A stretch of 64,000 bases of DNA from Podarcis bocagei (taxonomy: Eukaryota): the NCBI GenBank assembly GCA_964188305.1, contig OZ076888.1; one strand, given 5' to 3'. Below are positions 52,587 to 64,000 of this stretch, piece after piece. The notes under the pieces are model-generated. The model did no database searches. It saw only the letters and a program-made list of their open reading frames with translations, and was not told the DNA's origin. The first letter of the stretch is position 1. Every line of letters begins with the position of its first letter. The position numbers were made by a program, and so were the translations under genes.

Positions 52587-52844
52587 CCATACTTTTTGCT
52601 CTATAAGACTCACTTTTGCCCTCCTAAAAGTAAGGGGAAGTGTATGTGCGTCTTATGGAGTGAATGCAGGCTGCGCAGCTATCCCAGAAGCCAGAACAGC
52701 AAGAGGGATTGCTGCTTTCACTGCGCAGCAATCCCTCTTGCTGTTCTGGCTTCTGAGATTCAGAATATTTTTTTTCTTGTTTTCCTCCTCCAAAAACTAG
52801 GTGCGTCTTGTCGTCTGGTGCATCTTATAGAACGAAAAATGCGG
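52587..52844. mobile_element. Tc1/mariner-type MITE
   Basis: Imperfect TIRs ccatactttttgctctataaga / tcttatagaacgaaaaatgcgg flanked by TA. Confidence 0.8.
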
Positions 52845-53394
52845 TACTTTTTCTAGTCATGGTTTCTTTGTTCCATGAGCAAAGAACTTCAGCTTATATT
52901 ATAATCAGGTGCATAATTACCCCAAACAATGCCAGTGAGTGGTTTGGTAAACAGTAGTTCTCGTTTCCAAATTAGCAACTAGCCCCAAAATGGTGCATGA
53001 TCTGCCCATGATGCACCTCTACACATTGCTATCCATTTTTCTACTCTGCAGTGCTTAACTCTTTGTACGCTGTGAATAAATTCAGGATATATATTTGAAA
53101 GTCAAATACTGAGACTTGAGTGATTTCATTTGTATAGTAATTCTGCACTCTATTCAGTGAGGAAGACCTTTTCCTCCAAAACTAACACAGAGATTCACAA
53201 CACAGACCTAGACTACTGTTGCCAAAATAATATATCATTTTGGCATTGATTTTGAAATATTTGCCATGCAGTACTGAAAGCAAGTCACTTTCCAAAAACA
53301 AATCAAGAAATTTCATCCTGACTTATTGCAAATGCAAGAACCATGAACCTCAGCTTTATATGTTTTATAGCTTATGTCCCAATGGACAACTTAC

Positions 53395-53506
53395 TGTCAG
53401 GCAGCTGTACTTCTCTATACCTTACAAGCTGGCTCGGAAGCAGAGGTTTTGTATGAGCATGCTCAATGAGAGTGTCTTCAATCATTTGCATAATTCCTAA
53501 TGCAGC
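53395..53506 (-). CDS. IDE: IDE exon 19
   Basis: [37 protein letters not shown]; 112 nt. Confidence 0.98.
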
Positions 53507-55880
53507 CTGGAAGAGAAGAAATTCATTGGAGATTTTATTCATCTCCTGGCAATTGTCCATGTGGTAGCACACAGAAGGATAACGGGTATTACGGAAAATG
53601 GCGAAATTAGAAAGGAGATGACTAATTGCAGCAGATGCAAGCATTAGGAATGCAAAGCCAAGTTGGTACGTGTGACAGCTATGAAGCACACAAAACTGAA
53701 AGGCTGAATCTTTGCTTCTACATTATGTTTTAAATACTTTTAGAAAACAAGATCAACTTTTTTTAAAAAATAAATAAATGCACATTTTATATGCAATGGC
53801 TGTGCCCTACATCTTAGCACATAAGGCTGAATTGTTTTTTCCTCCCTGCCACCCCTCTTCATTTACAGAAAATATGTGTCAACTCATTGCTACTTTGATG
53901 TCCACAGCCAGCATCTGCTGTATCATCCCCATATTACTCTTGTCTCCTACTCTTCTGCATTTAGTTTCTGAAAGTTTAGTGAAACCACACAATTCCTTAG
54001 TTCCCCCTTCATTTCCTACTTTATGCATTGATTAAGGTCCAAGTCCATGGTCCTCTTAAGCCTGTAACTATGAGAGACGTGTATGCATCATGGGGCTAAA
54101 ACAATACAGCTGCACAAACAGCAAAAATGCCTTTGACAAGCCAATGCTATAAAACCCTTTGACCATCTCCAGAGAGGAGTCTTACTTTCTGGAGTTGATA
54201 TCAAAATCACTATGCATTAAAGTACCAAATAAAACCTTACGATAATGAGTAACAAATCTACAAAAAAAAAAAACCCAAGTCACTCTAGGGAAAGCCTTTA
54301 TAGAGGAAACAAACTCATCAAGATGTATTGAAATTAAATCCAAAATAATAAAGGCTGTTAAAAGCTAACTGTGCTTATAGAGATGCAAAACTCCAAAGCC
54401 TTTTTTAAAGATACAGTCATATTCAGATATGCAACTTCAAAATGAAAACTACAAGGCTGGGTCAACTGATCTGAACTCAAGAAAATCTCATTTAAAATGT
54501 GCTTTAAAATTCAAATTCAGTAAGCCAAAACCTTTTGGATTCTAACATCACAGAAAGTAACCTTGCATAGAAAAGACAACATTTAAAAATGCTAAACCAG
54601 GGTGTGGCTTGATTAAATAAATAATGTCAAGGAAAGCCACTTCCTCTTCCATGAAACCAAATATCCAGGTATGGTAGATGTCATTGTTCACTGCGTAGTT
54701 CACTATCTGGGGAGACTCAAATAGTTTTTACTAGTCCTTAATGGCTCATGCGGGAGGACTTTGAGACCTTGCCCTTTTGGTTTGCCTTAAGTCAAATTAT
54801 TTTACCATTACTATGGCATTAAGGGTTATTTTAAGATGCTCAGAAATAAGTGAGCTGGACATGCTCATTCACTGTTGCCTTTTAACATAAAATATGTACA
54901 GTTTCTACAGATAGAGAACCTTAAAGTTTTTTCTACAAACATGGCTGTTGGTACCTTCCTTGTACTTATTATATCCAACCAATATACGCAATACAGAGCT
55001 GTCACACCTAGCGCAAATATGTAAGACCCTAGTCTCATTTTACAGGTAGGTATGAAAGCAAACTAGCTCTATAATTTCATCAAAAGTACCATTAACATCG
55101 CTGCATTAAATTCCTTTGCTAAGATGATATTCAAACATCTCACAAAGCTGTACCAGGCAATCTTATACTATAACATTAAAGTCACAATGTCTATTATTTC
55201 CAGCTCACAGACTGCCATTTAACATTAGCCACTGACTTCATTCTCAGCTATTTTAAATACATGCTCTTGGTTCAAATTATATGCCTGTTTGAGAACTTAA
55301 GTGTGTGGATCTAGCATTCAATTTTACAGCCTTATTTCATCACTGAAGCAGACTGCGCAGATACCATGAAGTATAAACTGCCTGAAAGCTCATTCCAATA
55401 CATGTTGGAATGCAAGTCCCTTGAACATTCAAGTAGTTTTGCTTGATTTTAAGAAATCACTTAACAGGGTCAGTTATTTATCTGGGACAAAAAGGAAGCA
55501 TCACACAGCCAAACAGTTCAATCTTGAATGTGAAATGTAAGCTTAAAGAGACATCACAGATATGATTGTGCACCTGTACTGTCCCCAAGATATGTAATAA
55601 GAAACAGAAACCTAAGTCTGGGATGCAGCATTGTGAAGATTTCATTTCAAATAGATGTCATAGCCTTTCTGTGTTATTTTATACTCTTCTCTCTAGCTAA
55701 AGACACCCACAGAACAATATTGGACAAGCAAACCTGTAAGATAGACTCACTGACAGAAAAGCTTATGAAGATTTAAAAAGCAAGCATGGATCAAAAGATA
55801 GAGAAACTTAAGTAAACCCTTGATTTTACGTACAATTATCAGTATAAATCTGCTTCTGGTGAAAAACGTATCAAACCAAC

Positions 55881-55972
55881 CTGTTTTGTTATATTGCCAT
55901 GGAGAAGTGCTTCAATGTGTAACCGTGACAACAGCTGAGAAATAAAGGCCTTGAGACGGGGAAGGGTGACAT
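55881..55972 (-). CDS. IDE: IDE exon 18
   Basis: [31 protein letters not shown]; 92 nt. Confidence 0.97.
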
Positions 55973-57556
55973 CTACAACAGATATTTAGAGGTTTAAAAT
56001 CAATCACATTTTCCATTTCGAAAAACAAGGCCTATATCATCCTAAAATCCAATACATGTCTTAGAAGATGACAAAGAAAATTATAATAATCAACAAAAGT
56101 CAGTGGGAGTTTTCTTCACAAATATTCAGGTTTGGGAAAGTTTCCAGGACAAAATTGCAGTGCTCACTGCGTAGTTTGCCTTGCTTAGAATTCACATGTT
56201 ATTTGACCCAGATTCCAACACAGAAAAGAAAAGAGAAAGGCAGACAGACAGACTATGCTGCACTGCAGTTAGGCTAAACAGACATCCAGCCTCAAAAATA
56301 GTAACAGTCATTCAGGTGGTGGCTGAAGATAAAGCTTAAGCTGTTAACTACATAAAAGAACATGTAGTTTATCATTCCCCATCATCTTGACAGCAATTAT
56401 TTCTGAATGGCAGTTTCAGAGATTGGTGGTTATTCTGAAATTAATTAAACTTTTCATAGATATGTATGGTAGGATTAATGCCTTTAGCTACAGGCACATC
56501 CAAACACCCACTGAAACACAGGTGAGTGTAGATGAATATAAATGGTGAATACAAGTTTAAGTGCCACCAGAGTGGATTGTGGCAATCAACCTTAGAAACT
56601 AAACAATCAGCATAACCTAGATTTCACACCTCGACTCCCTTGTAGAAGTGTACAAAGGGAAAGATGGGAAACTTACATAGGGGTCAGGGGGTGAGGAGAG
56701 AATATTGGAAAGAAATTTCTTCCTCCTGCCTGTCTACAGCCAGGCATACGGATCACTAGTAAATAGATGCTGTGTAAATAAGATCTCTGATATCACTGAT
56801 GGTAAGATAGAGAACATAGGAATGCTGTATTTGGGGTTGTTCTTGAGGCTGCAGCTACCGCAGAATGATTATGCTGGCTGTTACACAGGGAGGCAAGAAG
56901 CGATCATATTGCAACAAATTCTGCACTAACTGATGGTTATGGGATCCAAGTATTTAAAGGAGCACCTCCCCTGATAACTCCCAGCCCAGTCTATGTGGAG
57001 GAAGTCCTGCTTGGGTGCTGCTGGAGGGCGAGGCCCGTGGGGTGGTGAAGTGGAGCAAGGTCTTCTTAATGAGATTAAGAAGACTGAGATTATATTGTCC
57101 GGATGGTGCTGATGTTTCAGTGTCACTTAAAGACAGTGCTGCATCCAATGAAGTTGCCCCATTGCTGCAAGGACAACAGAGGGGGGACAGCAGAGGAGGG
57201 CTCTTGTCTTCATGTCCTGCTTGGGAGCATCTGCAATGGCATATAGATGGCCACTGCTGCAAACAGAATGCTAAACTAGAAGGATGTTTGATTTAATCCA
57301 TTTAGTCTACAACTGGCCCAGAAAATGGGAATGGGGACTAGGTTGGATTGGATAGTGATTTCCCCTTTGCTTCATTCTCTGCTGCTGTCATTAGAATCAC
57401 TCATGAGTTTGTGTTGGCCCAGTTCATTTGTCTGATAACAGACATGGGCTTCTAAGTGGAGCAGCGTGAGCCCTGAGTGAGCTATGTGGCTGCAAACTGG
57501 AGTGAGTGAATTAAATATCTGCTGCTTTCTTCCCAAGACCTATATCCTGCCCTGCC

Positions 57557-58580
57557 CCATGCAATGTTCCTGAACAAAGTGGAGCAAATTGTACGAGTTT
57601 GGCTGAGAGTATAAAACAAATATTACTGTGCTTCCCTTTGTCTTGAAAGAGACTGAGTGTTTACACAGTTCACAGACTTAAAATGACGGAGGTTGAGCTT
57701 GCCAACCTGGAAAAGCACCAACTATGCTTAGTGATCAGATGAGTGGCAGTGCCTGTACCTTTCTCCAATGTTCTGATTTTCCCTAGACCCAAAGAAAATT
57801 GATGAGCTAGAACAGCTGAATCTCTGGACTTTTAAAAGGTAAAGGGAAACAGGACTTGAGAGTGGAAGAAAGGAATGGCATTCAGCATGCTGGGGTTCTG
57901 AAAAGTATTTGGAAATCTCATCTGAAAACAGGAATATTCAATGTACTGACCTCTAGGTGTTTTGCACTACAATTCACATCATTCCTGAACACTGACTATA
58001 TTGGCTGGGGCTAATGGGAGTTAAGAGTCAAACACGGGGGGGGGGGGCACAATATTGGCAACCCCTCTCCATGCAATGTTCCTGAACAAAGTGGAGCAAA
58101 TTGTACGAGTTTGGCTGAGAGTATAAAACAAATATTACTGTGCTTCCCTTTGTCTTGAAAGAGACTGAGTGTTTACACAGTTCACAGACTTAAAATGACG
58201 GAGGTTGAGCTTGCCAACCTGGAAAAGCACCAACTATGCTTAGTGATCAGATGAGTGGCAGTGCCTGTACCTTTCTCCAATGTTCTGATTTTCCCTAGAC
58301 CCAAAGAAAATTGATGAGCTAGAACAGCTGAATCTCTGGACTTTTAAAAGGTAAAGGGAAACAGGACTTGAGAGTGGAAGAAAGGAATGGCATTCAGCAT
58401 GCTGGGGTTCTGAAAAGTATTTGGAAATCTCATCTGAAAACAGGAATATTCAATGTACTGACCTCTAGGTGTTTTGCACTACAATTCACATCATTCCTGA
58501 ACACTGACTATATTGGCTGGGGCTAATGGGAGTTAAGAGTCAAACACGGGGGGGGGGGGCACAATATTGGCAACCCCTCT
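57557..58580. repeat. Perfect 512-bp tandem duplication in IDE intron 17
   Basis: 57557-58068 is repeated at 58069-58580; no difference found by eye, including a G12 run. Confidence 0.95.
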
Positions 58581-59374
58581 CCTAAGACTATCAAACAGAA
58601 TTTTAGAACTGCACAACTGCAACTGTAAAAAATAAGAGGCAAATTATATATCCATGGGTCATACTGCATAACCACTTCTTCCACAGGAATATGGAATTAA
58701 TTTCTTAAAGTGTTTTTATGCTGTCCAGATCCCAGAATTTAAAAGGCACCCTTTAAGGACAGATTGTTGGAACTAAATGAAGCCCCAGTTAGGGGGATTA
58801 AGCTCTTGAAATCTGTCTGCACCAAAACTGTGGGACTTTTCTGTGAGGGACTTCAAACTTCACATCTGAGCATACTTTTGGAAGCTTACGATCTTCTTGG
58901 ATTGACGAGTTATTGCTGGTGGATAATTTTAAACTAGATATATTTTAGAGAAAGATATTTTGATGATTATGTTAAGCTTCTTCACAATGGACTTATTTTA
59001 AATGCTTAAAGCTTTGTTATTTTAATATTCCCTCTGTAACAAATGTGGTTTTGGTTATCATTAAGGATTATTTAAATTCTAAATTTAGATCTTAAAAACC
59101 TAGAACATGACAATAAGGTTTTAAAAGGTTTTCTCATCACCACTAAGTCAATCTAAATTACTAAAAATCTCCATACCCTCCATAGAACAGTTGTATGAAT
59201 GCATATACTATTTAAGACGGAGATGAAATTAAAATACTTCGCTCAAAGTTCAGTTGAGATAAAAAATGCTTGACTAAGAAACAACAATTTAAAAATCAAA
59301 ACAAGTAAAAATACACATTAGATAGAAAAGATGTAATTAAAATGGGCAAAATATATAAACTGGCAGCAGCTCAC

Positions 59375-59495
59375 CGTCTAAAGCTTCTTTTAATTCATCT
59401 TTGGTCCAGGCAACTTCCGTCATCAGTAGTCGGAGGTAATACATGGCATGCTGGTGTGGTTGTTCAGCTCGGAAGTTATTAAGCGATCGCATGTA
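59375..59495 (-). CDS. IDE: IDE exon 17
   Basis: [40 protein letters not shown]; 121 nt. Confidence 0.98.
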
Positions 59496-60054
59496 CTAAC
59501 AAGGTTAAAATAAAATAATGGTTAAGAAATGAAGATTTGCAATGAACGTTGCCTGGTTTTTTGATGTTCTATATTCAAATTATATGGTCAGATAAAAGAA
59601 ATAAATGCCCTTCAAGATGGGCAGGGCTCCCTCTTAACTGAGATCTCATATCATAGTTTGAAGCTGGATGGCAAATCATTATTCATCCATGATTAAAAGG
59701 TTACCCTGACTAGCATTCATCAACCAATACTGGGGCCAATAAAACACATCAGGAATTTGCCTGTAATTGATGAGCTTATGGATGACTACTCTGAAGTCAC
59801 ATTATTTTCAAATGGAGCTTACTCTCAGGCAAGTGTGCAAATGACAACAGTCCAAGTGTGGCACCAATCATTGCAGTCTTATACCTTTCTGCAGGCATAT
59901 GTACATTCCCTACACATTGTTCATAACTTGTTTGAACTTTTAGGCTCTGTACACCCCCTCCTGCCTTCAAGGAACGAAATATTGCATGTATGGTGTCTTC
60001 CCCTGCTTGATATTCTGATTTATAAGGATCAAAGTCAAGTTCAAGATGGCTTAC

Positions 60055-60165
60055 CGCCTCCTTGATAATTTCAAATCTTTTTTCATCAATCTCAAAGGTA
60101 GCCATTTTCTCAACAATCTTCTTGAGCAGGATATGCTGCTTGTCATTGTAACCTTTTACGGAAAG
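60055..60165 (-). CDS. IDE: IDE exon 16
   Basis: [37 protein letters not shown]; 111 nt. Confidence 0.98.
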
Positions 60166-62069
60166 CTATAGGAAAAGGATATATAAGCTGTTATGTGTTT
60201 GAAATATTCTGTTTTCTATAATTCTAGATTGTCCATCAAAGCAGTAAACAGCAACTTCTTAACACTGGAAACCATTCTCCCTTATTTCACCAGAAATACT
60301 AAGGTTTGCCCTTTACTACATGGAAGTCTATGTGTGATATTATTACTGCGTTACTTTTTCCCAGGGCTTAACATCTTCTATTACAATTACAAAGCAAAAT
60401 TATAGTGGAAAACAAATATTGTTCCATGCTGCAAAGCAATGCTTCAAACGTCAGGTAATAGAAAACGGAATGAAATGTTGTTGCTCTTTCCCAGGATTAA
60501 AATCAGAAAAGCAATATGCTAATTGGAATGAAAAGAGTAGTTTATCATTCTTTTTCCAAATGAAGAATAAAAGTATCCTAGGAACCCAAATCTAGAAAAG
60601 AATATAGGAAAGAAAAACTTCTGTTCCATAGTTAATAAAGCAGAAGAGTCCATTATATACTGATTTTTAAGAAGTAGGGACTTTCAAATGTTTAAGACAT
60701 CAAGATGACAGGTTCATAAAATCATTGCATAACTCGGTTGACCACCATACACACAAGGCTGTATTGAACGCAGTGCCAACTGGGTGCTGCTTGTGCAATG
60801 TGACTTCAGTTTCCTCTCCCTTTCCTGCCCCCCCCCCAACATGCTAAACAGGCTTCTCCACCCTTCTGGAGCTTACTCTGAAGGTGTATAGGGAGCTAGA
60901 GGGGACAGGAGAAGAAGAAAAAAGAGGATTTGCAGGTACTGATGACTAGCAGCATCTGCAAAGCTCCTTGCGCATATAAAGGATAAAACCTTTGTTTTAG
61001 CAACACCTTGCTGCCTGCAAGATGCACCGACTCACCTGTCATTTGTGATGTCTGGTATGTGGGAGACTCTGCCAACCTTGCAAACTAAGCCTCTGGGGCA
61101 GATCCTAATAAGGATCTGGCCTATGAAGTCAAAAGGGCTCCCCAACCCCTGTGCTACATGATGAAAGAAATTAGAATGGACTTGACTCATATTGACTAGA
61201 TCCCAGGTTGCAGTCTGAAAACATAACACCTTGGCAACCTTGCTGGTGCTAAATAGGTCTGATCATATGAGAGGCTGCTGAACAACACTTTGTACACCAC
61301 ACTGAGTTCCATGATGGAAAAAAATGGCAAGCTACAAATGTAAACAAGCAAAAATACTATAAAACTGTGCTGTTTTCCCCCAGCCAATTTTAGCACTGAA
61401 ACCAGTACATTAAAAAGCATGCTTTTTAGCAGCCCCATGTTTTGTCAGATAAAGAAAATGTATGACCTACGCAGAGATTACTGGAGTCTTAAAAGTAAGT
61501 GCAATGTTTTGGGAAAGTTTAGGGAAGAAATAGTCATGTACTAGAGATCACTTTTTAATGTACTCATTTGTTATATAAGGACCCTGTTTCACAAGTCATC
61601 TTGATCCTGAAATGCAGTCTTCTCATACCAATATGCAGTTAGTAATATTTAGTAAATTGCATGTCTGATGAAGGTGGTTCTGGCACACAAAAGCTCATGC
61701 TGCAATAAATGTATTAGTCTTCAAGATGCCCTGCAGTACTTTGGTGGTGGCTGGGGTTTTTTATTTTTTAAGTATACATTAGGATCTAAATAACTGAAAG
61801 CCAGCAGAACTCCATGTTTAACTAAAAACATAGCAACTCCTTCAAGGTTACTAGACTATACAAATGAGTAAGAAATGCAGATCAGTAATGCATCAGCACA
61901 CTTCTCAGTCATAAAAAAACCATTCCAATCATGGCCAAACCATTCAATAAATGGTTATAAAACTGCACAAGTCTCATGCCCTTATGATAGGGATGCAAAG
62001 GAGGACAAAACCAGTAGCCATTTTTTCAAGCAGCACTCAACTCTCACGCCATCTAATTTTTGCTTGTTC

Positions 62070-62233
62070 NNNNNNNNNNNNNNNNNNNNNNNNNNNNNNN
62101 NNNNNNNNNNNNNNNNNNNNNNNNNNNNNNNNNNNNNNNNNNNNNNNNNNNNNNNNNNNNNNNNNNNNNNNNNNNNNNNNNNNNNNNNNNNNNNNNNNNN
62201 NNNNNNNNNNNNNNNNNNNNNNNNNNNNNNNNN
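62070..62233. other. N gap, 164 nt
   Basis: Run of N. Confidence 1.
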
Positions 62234-62234
62234 A
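62090..62234 (-). CDS. IDE: Inferred alternative IDE exon 15b (only its first base is visible; the rest is in the N gap)
   Basis: Strong polypyrimidine tract and acceptor cttttgttttgtttttcttttttgttag|T abut the gap. T would complete the split Ser codon AG|T. The gap fits 145 nt. Confidence 0.6.
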
Positions 62235-62697
62235 CTAACAAAAAAGAAAAACAAAACAAAAGGATGCTTTGATACTTCAAGGAGCGACACGGTAATGGAT
62301 GAAGAAACATGACTGAAGAGTATGTATATGCAGCCTCATAACTAATATTCTCGGGAATGAAACACTGGGAATTTGATTTCTCATTCGGAACTCTAGTGGA
62401 ATGGAGCAGTATCTCAACTCCAATTCGGACTGTAAATTTGAGTTTTAAGTAAAAAAAAAAAATCTTGCAAATATTCTGGTGAATGACATAAAATGAAGTG
62501 CAAAAATTGCTGAATGCGAATGGAAATGTTGAAGACTCCAGAAATTTCAAATTATGAGAAAGTATAGGTAGAAATCAAGGTTGAAAAAGAAACTGAAAAA
62601 AACAGGTTCTCAATTGGAAAAGCCATTGAAAAATTGCTTCCAGCAAATCATTTTTTTCCTTCTGATTAGTGGAAGTAAATTTAAGGCTTTTAAGATT

Positions 62698-62845
62698 NNN
62701 NNNNNNNNNNNNNNNNNNNNNNNNNNNNNNNNNNNNNNNNNNNNNNNNNNNNNNNNNNNNNNNNNNNNNNNNNNNNNNNNNNNNNNNNNNNNNNNNNNNN
62801 NNNNNNNNNNNNNNNNNNNNNNNNNNNNNNNNNNNNNNNNNNNNN
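62698..62845. other. N gap, 148 nt
   Basis: Run of N. Confidence 1.
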
Positions 62846-62862
62846 CCACGTAAGCAAATGGG
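62718..62862 (-). CDS. IDE: IDE exon 15(a); first 17 nt visible, remainder in the N gap
   Basis: cattttcttccag|C CCA TTT GCT TAC GTG G = (S)PFAYV(D), the start of canonical exon 15. The end is inferred from the 145-nt orthologous exon length. Confidence 0.9.
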
Positions 62863-63051
62863 CTGGAAGAAAATGTTGAAAGTAAAATATCTGCTGCAAT
62901 TACTTCCCAGTTCTGCTAGATCCTCCATACTGGATCTCAAGGACACAGTAAAAAAGAAAATCCTGCTTCCTGTTATGAGAATATTAAGACAGTATGTGAA
63001 CACAAACACACAGCTAAAGGGGGAAAGATTGATTAAACAATTCCACACTGA

Positions 63052-63053
<2 letters not shown>

Positions 63054-63086
<33 letters not shown>
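63054..63086. repeat. (CA)n microsatellite
   Basis: Directly visible. Confidence 0.97.
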
Positions 63087-63088
<2 letters not shown>

Positions 63089-63994
63089 ATTACATCTATG
63101 TTAAATCTACTGCGTAAGATTACACAAAACCGTTTTTAGCTCACATTATTCTGAATTTGCTACAAAGACAAATGCTTACAAACAAGTACAAAACATATGT
63201 AAAACACTTAAAATATACAATGAGTTAAAAACCGCCACAGTGGATAAATCTAAAAGCTTGCCAAGTAGGACAGTCTCACACTTAACTTGCTTGTCATCAG
63301 GATTAAACCTCACTGAACACAGCTGCTGGTTTCACAAAATCAGGAAATAGCGCAGTTATAGGTTTGCTACCAAACCACTGGCATTTTCTATATTAGGCAC
63401 AAAAATATCAAAGTTTTGTATTTAGCTATAGCACATAACACTACCCTGATATATTTTTGCAATATCCCAAGGAGGAAGAGTACGCTGCACAGACTTCCAA
63501 AGGTAAAGACAACTCAAAGACTCAAGTCATGTTTCAACAATACTGCTTCGCACCAACATATTAAGAGTGACAAGCCAGATTAAGAGCAGAAGTAATTTGT
63601 GCACAGTATGGTCTAATATCTATTATGGATATATACATATAGCAGTTAAAAATATGAAATCATCAACATCGCCCAAGTAAATTGTTCACAAAGCAACATT
63701 TCTTACTGAAGAATTCTATCATAAGTAAAATAAAAAGTACAACAATATTCAGCATGTTAAAGCAAAATAATAATTATGGGGCAGAATAATGATTCAAAGA
63801 ACAAAACATTTAATTAAAACCATGCATCTCTTTTTGAAGAAAAATCAGAATGTTCTTTTAATAATGTGAAACAAGTGACCCTTTGCACGATGATTTCTGA
63901 CATGCAAACCAACACTATTTATTCAGAAGTTAAGTTTCACTGGGCTCAATCAGACTTGCTCCCAGAAATGTATGCGGCCTCAATATATGTTAAA

Positions 63995-64000
63995 ACTCAC
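63995..64000 (-). other. Possible 5' splice site (GTGAGT) of IDE exon 14, which would start just beyond the window edge
   Basis: The window ends actcac = GTGAGT on the minus strand, and exon 14 was not found within the window. Confidence 0.4.

Noticed and set aside
61875-63139. ORFs spanning the N runs
   Set aside because: Open only because N codons are not stops.

Overview
Vertebrate genomic DNA, almost certainly a squamate reptile and probably a lacertid lizard (five Sauria SINE copies plus other squamate-type repeats). It holds the conserved CPEB3 - MARCHF5 - IDE gene block. The 5' end of CPEB3 is on the minus strand (first coding exon 681-1573, Q-rich prion-like domain) and shares a CpG-island bidirectional promoter (~9.0-10.2 kb) with MARCHF5. 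MARCHF5 is complete on the plus strand (6 coding exons, 281 aa). The 3' half of IDE (insulin-degrading enzyme, exons 15-25 in human numbering) is on the minus strand, convergent with MARCHF5. Introns and the intergenic space contain SINEs, L1/L2/CR1/RTE remnants and hAT and Tc1/mariner MITEs. The most interesting signal is at 62.0-62.9 kb. Each of two N-gaps has a splice acceptor at or near its right edge and would hold a 145-nt exon, matching the mutually exclusive IDE exons 15a/15b. The intron between them carries a 17-nt antisense copy of the exon-15 'EYAYAA' coding sequence, a candidate competing RNA-duplex switch for mutually exclusive splicing. Exon numbering and cross-species comparisons are from recall, not from a search.
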